The notes under the pieces are model-generated. The model saw nothing but the letters and a program-made list of their open reading frames with translations, was not told where the DNA came from and ran no database searches. The position numbers and the translations under genes are program-made. Positions 1 to 7,348 of a DNA stretch of 64,000 nucleotides are shown here, piece after piece. This stretch comes from a phage. Numbering within the stretch: the stretch's first letter is position 1; every line of letters starts with the position of its first letter. Location: the NCBI GenBank assembly GCA_011939005.1, contig GCA_011939005.1_4858.1. The stretch is one strand, 5' to 3'.

Positions 1-1
1 A

Positions 2-172
2 ATTGCAGCCGAAGAGTACCATCCGCACTCCACCCCGTTGGATATCGTGAAGCTCGTAGACGACGTTGATCCTAACGTTTACTTCTACGTCTTCGAATTC
101 GATAACGTGGAATATCGTGTCTTGGCCCGTAAGGCCATTTGGGATGTTCCTGCGGTAGAGCCAAAAGCCTAA
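2..172 (+). CDS. 3' end of an upstream gene (partial, hypothetical protein)
   Basis: Open frame from window edge to TAA at 170-172, ending just before the RBS of the next gene; no start in window. Confidence 0.4.
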   Translation: MAAEEYHPHSTPLDIVKLVDDVDPNVYFYVFEFDNVEYRVLARKAIWDVPAVEPKA

Positions 173-182
173 GGAGGGTTAA

Positions 183-806
183 ATGGCACAACTGTTGCCT
201 AACACGCCTCAGGTTAACCTTGAGGGGTTGTTCAAGGTTAAGGCACCTTATACGTTGCCAGATAAAGTGATTTACCGTGTTGACGCGGTACAGAACTTTC
301 CGAAACTCCAACGTAATAATATTGACGTTTATAACAAGTATTATAAACCTGTCGGCCTAACTCGTGACGACTATATCAGCGACGCTAATGTCGAAGCCTC
401 GATTGTAACATTAAAGTCGAGGGACGGTCAAGTCTACGAGTTGCCTGATACGTACATTGAGACGTATCCTGGACTGAACGGGTTAAATTATAGACGCAAT
501 GTGGTGGTTATTGACCTGGCATTAATACCCGAATACGTCGATGTCACACTGCTAACGAACGACCTGAAAAGCATTTTAGAACGCGGTTTAGGAATCGAAG
601 CACGTGTGGACATCACGTCGATGGATTACGAAGGGACGGTGACGGAAGAAGAACACTTGCAAATGGAAGCGGTGCGTAAAGCCAAAATCCGTGAGCAGGT
701 TCCTCTGACAGAACAAGTTGCAACACTCACTAAGCAGAATCAAGAACTGCAGGCGTTGAATGATGCGATGTTGAAAATCCTGAAAGATAACGGGTTAACA
801 AATTAA
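183..806 (+). CDS. hypothetical protein (207 aa)
   Basis: ATG preceded by strong RBS aaggaggg; followed by hairpin terminator at 819-857. Confidence 0.7.
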   Translation: MAQLLPNTPQVNLEGLFKVKAPYTLPDKVIYRVDAVQNFPKLQRNNIDVYNKYYKPVGLTRDDYISDANVEASIVTLKSRDGQVYELPDTYIETYPGLNGLNYRRNVVVIDLALIPEYVDVTLLTNDLKSILERGLGIEARVDITSMDYEGTVTEEEHLQMEAVRKAKIREQVPLTEQVATLTKQNQELQALNDAMLKILKDNGLTN

Positions 807-818
807 AGAAAAAAAGAA

Positions 819-857
819 CTACCTACTCCCTTGGGAGTAGGTAGGCTTTTATTTTTT
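819..857. terminator. bidirectional rho-independent terminator
   Basis: Stem cctactccc/gggagtagg flanked by A-run upstream and T-run downstream, between convergent genes. Confidence 0.7.
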
Positions 858-863
858 ATCGCA

Positions 864-1997
864 TTATTTACCGATGATATCACGGACCATTGCTTTGATT
901 GTGGCAGCAGTACGTTTCTTTTTCGGCAGCTTGCGGATTTCTGCGTACAGTTTATCCAGGTTCAGCGTTTTCTGTACCTGCGCAACAATCTGCATTTGCT
1001 CTTCGTCGATCTTCACTTCGACGGTTTGTTCCTGCATTTTGCCCAGTTCCTGAATCACACTGGCAACCGACACCGGATAAGCTGTTGATTTTGGACGTTC
1101 GATACCGAGGGTAACAAAGATTTCGTCGTCAATAAACACATTTTCGATATCAGCCAAGTTTTCCAGAATGATTTCATCGTGGTCTTCATCTTCTGACGCA
1201 TTCGGGTATGGACGTTTGTAGGTGTAATCCCACACGTCATAACCGAGTTTATCTGCGAGTTGTACGAAACCTTCCCAGGTTACTTCGCCGGGGTTGATAG
1301 TCTGACCACGGAAACCAGGGTTGGCCGTAAAGACTTTCACCCAGTCGATGTTCGCGATGGTGCGACACTCTTCCAGCGGCGCGTAGCGATCTCCCACTTC
1401 GTCATTGTCAGGCTCTTCAACATGCACTGCTTCGCAACGCTCGAAAGTGACTGAGTGTGGTTTACCGTCACCGAAGATAACGGAGGCAGCACGCCAGTCT
1501 TCGATAGTCCACTGAACATGAGTCAATTCAATGTAACAATGCCCAACTTTAACACGACCATGTGGGGCACTTACTGGTTTAATCAGCTCACCTGGTTCGA
1601 AGAAGAATTCGTCAGAATGTGCAATGGCATACCAGACACCATCAACACCTTCAACGAGAATAGACCAGTTATAAGGCGCGTGGCAATTTTGGAAAGCTAC
1701 GCCCAGCATACTTCCCCAACGGTCATCTGGCGAATATTTCAGTGGCGGCAGGTTATCAAACTGAAGAGTTTGAGAAGAAAGGCACAACTTATTACGCAGG
1801 TGCGGCAGCGGCAGATAAGCCTCCACATTGTTATCGACCAGCGCATTGTAAAGATCCGGGTTGATAACACCGGTGCCAGTGACGTGTTGTGCAATCAGAG
1901 CTTCTGAATATGCACGAATACCTTCGTAGCTAAGCACATACGCACGGTCACGTACTACACGAGCCATATCTTCGATTACGGAAATTGGAAATTTCAT
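864..1997 (-). CDS. hypothetical protein (377 aa)
   Basis: Long ORF; track start at 2021 is TTG, ATG at 1997 with AAGGA RBS preferred. Confidence 0.7.
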   Translation of the reverse strand: MKFPISVIEDMARVVRDRAYVLSYEGIRAYSEALIAQHVTGTGVINPDLYNALVDNNVEAYLPLPHLRNKLCLSSQTLQFDNLPPLKYSPDDRWGSMLGVAFQNCHAPYNWSILVEGVDGVWYAIAHSDEFFFEPGELIKPVSAPHGRVKVGHCYIELTHVQWTIEDWRAASVIFGDGKPHSVTFERCEAVHVEEPDNDEVGDRYAPLEECRTIANIDWVKVFTANPGFRGQTINPGEVTWEGFVQLADKLGYDVWDYTYKRPYPNASEDEDHDEIILENLADIENVFIDDEIFVTLGIERPKSTAYPVSVASVIQELGKMQEQTVEVKIDEEQMQIVAQVQKTLNLDKLYAEIRKLPKKKRTAATIKAMVRDIIGK

Positions 1998-2057
1998 GTT
2001 AATAGTCCTTATAAAAGTCAATGGTATTTTCAGATGATTAGTTACTGCTGTAAAAAA

Positions 2058-2324
2058 CTAGTTACGGTCGGAATTAAAGACGTGCCAGGTACTACGCCAG
2101 CGAAAGAATCGGGTCATGAAACCACGCACGTGGTAGCCTGAGAACAACATCCAGATGGCAAGAAAGAGTTGCGCCCATGGGGACGTGAGTTCCATCAGAT
2201 GTGCGACAATCGCACCGATTACCAACATTACCGTGGAGAATAGCAAACCGTACATCATCGGAATGTTGTGGCTATAGCGTTTCTCCATCCAGTAGAGAAA
2301 ATTTATTAAACGTTTCACGAGCAC
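2058..2324 (-). CDS. small hydrophobic membrane protein (88 aa, start uncertain)
   Basis: Two hydrophobic segments; GTG at 2324 or ATG at 2288, neither with clear RBS. Confidence 0.4.
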   Translation of the reverse strand: MLVKRLINFLYWMEKRYSHNIPMMYGLLFSTVMLVIGAIVAHLMELTSPWAQLFLAIWMLFSGYHVRGFMTRFFRWRSTWHVFNSDRN

Positions 2325-2332
2325 ACATCCAA

Positions 2333-2370
2333 GAATTAAATAAAAGGCGGTCAGACCCGAAGGTCTGACC
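2333..2370 (-). terminator. rho-independent terminator
   Basis: Hairpin ggtcagacc-cgaa-ggtctgacc followed by T-run on minus strand, downstream of gene 2376..2969. Confidence 0.6.
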
Positions 2371-2375
2371 GTTAA

Positions 2376-2969
2376 TTACGCTTCGGCCTCAAAGAACGGC
2401 TGGTTCGGTACCACTGCATATTCGAGCACGAAAAGATGTTCTGGGGCATCTTCTGCTCGCCACAGTTTGTGACACGTTGCCAGTTTTTCCAGGATGGTCA
2501 ACCAGCTGAGCTGGCAGAAAGCACGGTCGCCGAAGAACAGTTTCTGCAGTGCAATCGACACATCCATATACGCCTGTTTGAAGTCGAGTTCTTTATCGTA
2601 ACCCGCCGACTGTCGCCACGTCAGCACGAAACCTGCTTCGGTTTCGTTAATTGCTGGACGTAAACCACAAATCCACATCAGCGCCAGATTAACGTTCCAG
2701 TCGAATTCGATACCTTCGTCTTCGTCATCACCAAACGCCGCGTTTAACGCATCGTAGAAACCGTGGTTCTCTGCGAACCATTCGCCATACTCAACGTATA
2801 CCGGTGCTTCGACAGCTTCCCCATCGACTTCACCGATAGGACGCTCTACATAGTTCGGGTTGGTTTGAACGTGTTCCGCACCCGCGCGAATTAATTCGTA
2901 GACATCTTTGGCGGTGATTTGTGCGGCTGTTTTAAGACCTGGATACCAGGGGCGTGTTACGAGTGTCAA
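2376..2969 (-). CDS. hypothetical protein (197 aa)
   Basis: ORF with apparent TTG start overlapping stop of upstream gene; no motif recognised. Confidence 0.55.
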   Translation of the reverse strand: MTLVTRPWYPGLKTAAQITAKDVYELIRAGAEHVQTNPNYVERPIGEVDGEAVEAPVYVEYGEWFAENHGFYDALNAAFGDDEDEGIEFDWNVNLALMWICGLRPAINETEAGFVLTWRQSAGYDKELDFKQAYMDVSIALQKLFFGDRAFCQLSWLTILEKLATCHKLWRAEDAPEHLFVLEYAVVPNQPFFEAEA

Positions 2970-3688
2970 AGCAATGCTCCTTTCATGATAGTGTTATTTG
3001 CCAGTAGTGTACCGGCCGCAGGTGATATTTTGGTGTACAGCGTATCCCAGATTTTCTGAAGCTCAGCGACGCGTTGGTCGCGGTCTTCCTTCGCAAAAGC
3101 AAGCTGACGTGTTTCAGCTTTCGGTGGCGTCATTTTCGCACCGTAGAATGCTGCGTCTTTTCGGTAGCTGGCCATCCAGCGTTTCCCGACCGATGATTTC
3201 TTTTTAATCATCGCAACAGCAGCGCTCTCACCGAAGCGGTAGCCTAATGCGATTTCGGCTGTGCTCGGCTTGCGTTTGAGTTGTTTTGTCAGATGATCCT
3301 CGATGTGTTTCATGTAAACAGCAGCAAGCTGTACAGCATATTTCGGTTTATTAAGGTCTGCGTTCTTTGGGATGTTAAGTTGTTTCCCATACAGACGTAT
3401 CATGGAGCGTTTAGTGCCTGTCGTCATTTGGACAACACTACTAGCACTGCTCGATTTATTCTTACCCACGTTTTTATTAAAACGGGATTCGCGGTAAATG
3501 GTGGTCGCAAGCATCCCGGCATGTACACCTTGCTTTTGAGATGCAGAGACGATGAGAGGTTTAATCTCATTGAACTGGTCCTGGATAAGGACGAATTCTT
3601 TTTGGTGTTTGTTACTGGTGGTCTGGTAAGAAGCGTTGCTGTTGAATGTGGTCACTGCTACCAGAAGAAATAAAATGGTGCGAAACAT
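2966..3688 (-). CDS. secreted lytic transglycosylase (SLT domain) with N-terminal signal peptide
   Basis: ATG with GGAGA RBS; hydrophobic N-terminus MFRTILFLLVAVTTF; motif ESRFN...SSASSVVQMTTGT resembling the SLT catalytic-Glu region (ES..N...S.GA.GLMQ...T). Confidence 0.6.
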   Translation of the reverse strand: MFRTILFLLVAVTTFNSNASYQTTSNKHQKEFVLIQDQFNEIKPLIVSASQKQGVHAGMLATTIYRESRFNKNVGKNKSSSASSVVQMTTGTKRSMIRLYGKQLNIPKNADLNKPKYAVQLAAVYMKHIEDHLTKQLKRKPSTAEIALGYRFGESAAVAMIKKKSSVGKRWMASYRKDAAFYGAKMTPPKAETRQLAFAKEDRDQRVAELQKIWDTLYTKISPAAGTLLANNTIMKGALL

Positions 3689-3787
3689 GGATGTATCTCC
3701 AAACGGATTTATACTTTTCCGTTCCCAATCCGGGAAGACGGCGCGGACGGCATTGTGCTCCTTTGTAATGTGCCCTGATGATAATAT

Positions 3788-4288
3788 CTATTTGAAACTT
3801 TTTGGGATGATTTTCTCTGCTTCCCTCAGCAGGGTGTCCGGTAAATAGAATCGATAAGTCTGCTCCGTGTGCTGTAGTCTTTTCTGTAAGTGTATAAAGA
3901 TTTCCAATCGCTCATGGTAACGTAACCAACCGTTAGCCATCCCTAGGGGCGGTATCGCAATCCCTCCTTCTAAGTCTTCCCCTAGTCGCGCCAGCGCATC
4001 AATGCCGGACGTGACATAGTAAATCTGCGATTTATAGCGAAAATGGGTTTTAGTAGGAAGGAGTATTACCCCTTCCTCAGGATAACAATAGACCTCACCG
4101 ATAACGATTTGCTCTTTACGACATTTCTGGCGATAGTCATTATAAAGCGATGGGAAGCGTTCTCGGCACGCCAAAGCAATGCCCCTTCCCATTGCACCAA
4201 CACAGTTAACTGTAACGACCTTGAAGCGCTCAGGCGCGTTAAACAGGTCGTGGGAGATAATAGCCTCGTCGATCAGTTCTAGTGACAT
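3788..4288 (-). CDS. macro domain protein (TARG1/Poa1p/DarG-like ADP-ribose hydrolase fold)
   Basis: VNCVGAMGRGIALACRERFP matches the C-I-S...G.GIA..F...F signature of TARG1-type macro domains; later GIAIPPLGMANGW resembles the second macro motif. Confidence 0.55.
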   Translation of the reverse strand: MSLELIDEAIISHDLFNAPERFKVVTVNCVGAMGRGIALACRERFPSLYNDYRQKCRKEQIVIGEVYCYPEEGVILLPTKTHFRYKSQIYYVTSGIDALARLGEDLEGGIAIPPLGMANGWLRYHERLEIFIHLQKRLQHTEQTYRFYLPDTLLREAEKIIPKSFK

Positions 4289-4487
4289 CTATTGCCATAC
4301 CCCATTGTGAAATAACCGGAGACTGAAGCAACGATTCCAGCTCAGTAAGAACTCTGGCTTTTGCTTCTTCGCGCAACTTACGGACTTCCGGATCGGGTTT
4401 ACCTGCGCCTAAATATTGGGGTTCTGTTTGTGGGGTAGGGAAACCACAGAAAGAACTAACCATTATTCCGATGATTGTTTTTTGCAT
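4239..4487 (-). CDS. hypothetical protein (82 aa)
   Basis: ATG with AAGGAA RBS, abuts stop of upstream gene; overlaps macro gene start by 50 nt. Confidence 0.4.
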   Translation of the reverse strand: MQKTIIGIMVSSFCGFPTPQTEPQYLGAGKPDPEVRKLREEAKARVLTELESLLQSPVISQWGMAIDVTRTDRRGYYLPRPV

Positions 4488-4910
4488 TTAGCTATTCCTT
4501 TTCACCCAGGTTTGTACCGCTGACTCGAAACCTTCGTGTTCGATACCGAGTCGTTTCATTGCCAACATAGTGTTGAGGCTATTCGTAATTTCTTCACGGT
4601 AGCAATGGTCGTCCATCTTACGCCAACACTTCTCCGGGTCAACACCTAAGCGTTGGAGTAGATACGCCTCACGCACCATACCAGGCCGCCAGAATTTAGG
4701 GCGGGTAATCGCGATTTCAATCATGGGTGTCATGTCCAACGTGTGCGCGAGAATACTAACCGGCGTTTCCCCAACTTTATCACGTAACGCTAAACGTAAC
4801 CACCACTGAACGTTTGCTTTGGTTTCAGGTAACAGATCGTAGAATAAGGCTGTTTCTTCTTCTGATAAATGATCGTATAGTGATTTTGTTTCGCGAATAG
4901 CGGTAACCAT
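4488..4910 (-). CDS. hypothetical protein (140 aa)
   Basis: ATG with AAGGAG RBS. Confidence 0.65.
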   Translation of the reverse strand: MVTAIRETKSLYDHLSEEETALFYDLLPETKANVQWWLRLALRDKVGETPVSILAHTLDMTPMIEIAITRPKFWRPGMVREAYLLQRLGVDPEKCWRKMDDHCYREEITNSLNTMLAMKRLGIEHEGFESAVQTWVKRNS

Positions 4911-4928
4911 TTTAATGCTCCTTTAGAT

Positions 4929-5447
4929 TTAATCAATCTCGCGTTTAGGGCTCCTGTGAAACTTCACTTCAGGATTATCCTTAAATGTTTCCCAGATAAG
5001 GGACGCACCACCAAGCTCTTTGGTTTTCGTGGTGCGCAAGTGTGAGTCGCCGAGCATAACAGCACAACGTCCTTTTGCCATATACTTTTTAATTTTTTCA
5101 ACCATTTTAGCTTCACGAATATAAAAAGAACGGCTAAAGTTTACAGCCATTCCCTTTTTATCCTTGATATCTTTAGCGTAGGTTGCATCGCTCCAGTCAT
5201 CGATCCCAATAGCAGGGATGCCGAGTTTCTTAGCCAACTCCAGCCCCATGGGCCCAATAGAGTACATCTTCTCCTTTAATGCCTTATCTTGCGCTTTTGC
5301 AGTGTGATATTCATACGGCCCCAGTTCTTCACACAGTAAAAAATCGTATGGTTTTTTCCGATGGTTATCGATGATCGCCCATTCAACACGATTACGATCG
5401 GCCGTGGTATGAATTTCCCCATATATGTCAACACGAATGTCCGTCAT
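4929..5447 (-). CDS. hypothetical protein, possibly TraB/GumN/ChaN (Tiki-like) family
   Basis: ATG with GAGGA RBS; N-terminal IYGEIHT and C-terminal MLGDSHL resemble the GE.H...G..H pair of that family (weak, by eye). Confidence 0.6.
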   Translation of the reverse strand: MTDIRVDIYGEIHTTADRNRVEWAIIDNHRKKPYDFLLCEELGPYEYHTAKAQDKALKEKMYSIGPMGLELAKKLGIPAIGIDDWSDATYAKDIKDKKGMAVNFSRSFYIREAKMVEKIKKYMAKGRCAVMLGDSHLRTTKTKELGGASLIWETFKDNPEVKFHRSPKREID

Positions 5448-5653
5448 TTTAATTCCTCAAAAACTATAGGCACCGGCAGCGTACCAAGCGCTGCTTTAAT
5501 ACACGTACTCAGCGGAGTATCATCGAACGCAACACGACCGATAGTACCCACGTTGATGTGTTTTGGATTTACGGGTAAGAACTCCTTCGCCCGTTCGTAC
5601 TCAGCCCAACAGACATCGGTGTTTAAAGCTGAAAACCCAGGACGGTGAAACAT
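5444..5653 (-). CDS. hypothetical small protein (69 aa)
   Basis: Internal ATG at 5653 with GAGGAG RBS preferred over track start 5698. Confidence 0.4.
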   Translation of the reverse strand: MFHRPGFSALNTDVCWAEYERAKEFLPVNPKHINVGTIGRVAFDDTPLSTCIKAALGTLPVPIVFEELK

Positions 5654-5723
5654 AAATAGCACTCCTCGCGTAAAAATACCCCACTCATAGTGAGGCATAA
5701 TCGTAAGGAGTGCTAAAACAGGA

Positions 5724-6212
5724 CTATGCTACCGCAGTCCTTAAAGGTTCATCTGCTTCCGCAGGAACCTGCTTCGTAAATTCAAGCCATTGTCCGTCGG
5801 TAGAGACTGTCTTGTCAAAACCGCGAGCGGTAAAGAACGCAATACCAGCTTCCTGGCAAGCGTATATTCCCCCATGCGCATTGGTGAACTGTTCGTTCAC
5901 TTCAAGCGCATCAAAAATCTGCGTCATCGTTTTACGACGGCGTGCCATTTCAGACACGAACATCGTACGAATCTTCAGAACCCCAGCGATTACGCGATAC
6001 AAACAGTAACCAACAGGGGTACCCCCTTCCAGAGCAACACAAGCACGGTTCCCCGCCAACAGTTTCTCCAGAGTGAGGTTCGGAATCTCACCTTTTTCGA
6101 TATGGAGTATGGTACGTTGGTGGTTCAGAAATTTATAATGCAGCCCCAACAGCTGTTTATTTTGTGCTTCCGTTAAATCTGAAGATGAGGAAAGAATGAC
6201 AATTTCGGCCAT
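5724..6212 (-). CDS. hypothetical protein, possible GNAT-fold acetyltransferase (162 aa)
   Basis: ATG at 6212 preferred over GTG at 6239; C-terminal AFFTARGF resembles GNAT motif B; weak. Confidence 0.45.
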   Translation of the reverse strand: MAEIVILSSSSDLTEAQNKQLLGLHYKFLNHQRTILHIEKGEIPNLTLEKLLAGNRACVALEGGTPVGYCLYRVIAGVLKIRTMFVSEMARRRKTMTQIFDALEVNEQFTNAHGGIYACQEAGIAFFTARGFDKTVSTDGQWLEFTKQVPAEADEPLRTAVA

Positions 6213-6358
6213 GAGCTGAATTCCTAAGTGAGCTTTCACCTGCGATGAAAGCGAGTAACGAAGAATTGCGTTTGTGTTTTCTTAAGTTTACCGGTAAAGC
6301 TTAGCGGTGTATACCGCTGCAGGTAAAGACCAGTTCTCTATCGGAACCGTGTCTTTGA

Positions 6359-6637
6359 TCAACAACGTCGTTGAAAACGCTGCGATGCTGAGGTAACCTT
6401 CCGTCGCCACATTCGCTCATGGCGCTTCTGATTACCACGCCAGTCTTCCCCGACTGTACGTGAAACTGCAAAATCATCCGGCCCGCAGACTTCCGCGATG
6501 TCTGCTAGAAGGTTCTTTGAAGACCCTATAGCCATCCCCGCGCTCGAAAGAACGATACGCCGGGTTGACACGGCCGCCCCTGAACCCACGACCACGGGAT
6601 CAGAGACTGTTTCACTGTTACATGATACTTCTCCCAC
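6359..6637 (-). CDS. hypothetical Gly/Ser/Val-rich protein (92 aa)
   Basis: GTG start with strong AGGAGGG RBS 7 nt upstream. Confidence 0.4.
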   Translation of the reverse strand: MGEVSCNSETVSDPVVVGSGAAVSTRRIVLSSAGMAIGSSKNLLADIAEVCGPDDFAVSRTVGEDWRGNQKRHERMWRRKVTSASQRFQRRC

Positions 6638-6655
6638 TTCGTAATTACCCTCCTG

Positions 6656-6763
6656 TTAAAACCAACCTTGCATCAATGCAAGGATTGCGCCTAGGGCGTA
6701 TGCGCCCGCTCCTAGTATCAGGCTACAGACGATACACCCAACCCTTTTCACTAAAATAACCAT
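6656..6763 (-). CDS. tiny hydrophobic peptide (35 aa)
   Basis: Hand-translated MVILVKRVGCIVCSLILGAGAYALGAILALMQGWF; single TM; not in ORF track (below length cut-off). Confidence 0.3.
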   Translation of the reverse strand: MVILVKRVGCIVCSLILGAGAYALGAILALMQGWF

Positions 6764-6882
6764 GTTGCTACAAACGCTCCGATTGCGCAAATGATAAGCG
6801 TGATACCAACATCTGTCCATGTGGCACCGTCATACGCACCTGTTGCAATCATGGCTGCGTTGACACTATTCACGACTGTCAT
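6748..6882 (-). CDS. tiny hydrophobic peptide (about 43 aa)
   Basis: Hand-translated MTVVNSVNAAMIATGAYDGATWTDVGITLIICAIGAFVATWLF; AAGGGA RBS; overlaps neighbours by about 16 nt. Confidence 0.3.
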
Positions 6883-7069
6883 AAGCCGGGTCCCTTAAAC
6901 GCGGGGGCTTGCTCCACAGATTACCGAAGTAAACCCCTTCTAAGAACACCAAAACAACTAAGCCCCAAAAGGCAGGCGTAGCGCGAGACATGAAAATACC
7001 GAGTAGCACCACAGTGTGCATTACCACAACTGCCCAAAACTTTAAACGACCAGGTTTACGTCTTGCCAT
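6866..7069 (-). CDS. small membrane protein (67 aa)
   Basis: ATG at 7069 with AAAGGA RBS (track start 7114 is GTG); hydrophobic core FWAVVVMHTVVLLGIFM. Confidence 0.45.
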   Translation of the reverse strand: MARRKPGRLKFWAVVVMHTVVLLGIFMSRATPAFWGLVVLVFLEGVYFGNLWSKPPRLRDPAYDSRE

Positions 7070-7156
7070 GGAATGCCCATCCTTTCGTGCGGATAATCCA
7101 ACCCCAGGCACCACGAATCAACCACAGTGCAATACCGGTTAATACGATACCTTCAA

Positions 7157-7348
7157 TCATGTCCGTTCTCCTATATCTCGCCACTCACAACGCGTGTCGA
7201 ACAGACGTTCTTTAAGAGCAGCAGCTAAATAAACGACCGCAGCGATAACCACTACGGTTGCACAAAAGGAGAGGTACAGTACCATCACAACAAACTGAAG
7301 GAACTGAAAACCCCACCAAGCCCATAAGCGCCAACCTTTATGATGCAT
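7157..7348 (-). CDS. small membrane protein (63 aa)
   Basis: ATG with AAGGGG RBS; Trp-rich hydrophobic segments. Confidence 0.45.
   Translation of the reverse strand: MHHKGWRLWAWWGFQFLQFVVMVLYLSFCATVVVIAAVVYLAAALKERLFDTRCEWRDIGERT

Noticed and set aside
1590-1605. tRNA T-loop-like string (ggttcgaag)
   Set aside because: Lies inside the 864..1997 CDS with no acceptor or anticodon stem context; no tRNA-like cloverleaf found in any intergenic gap.
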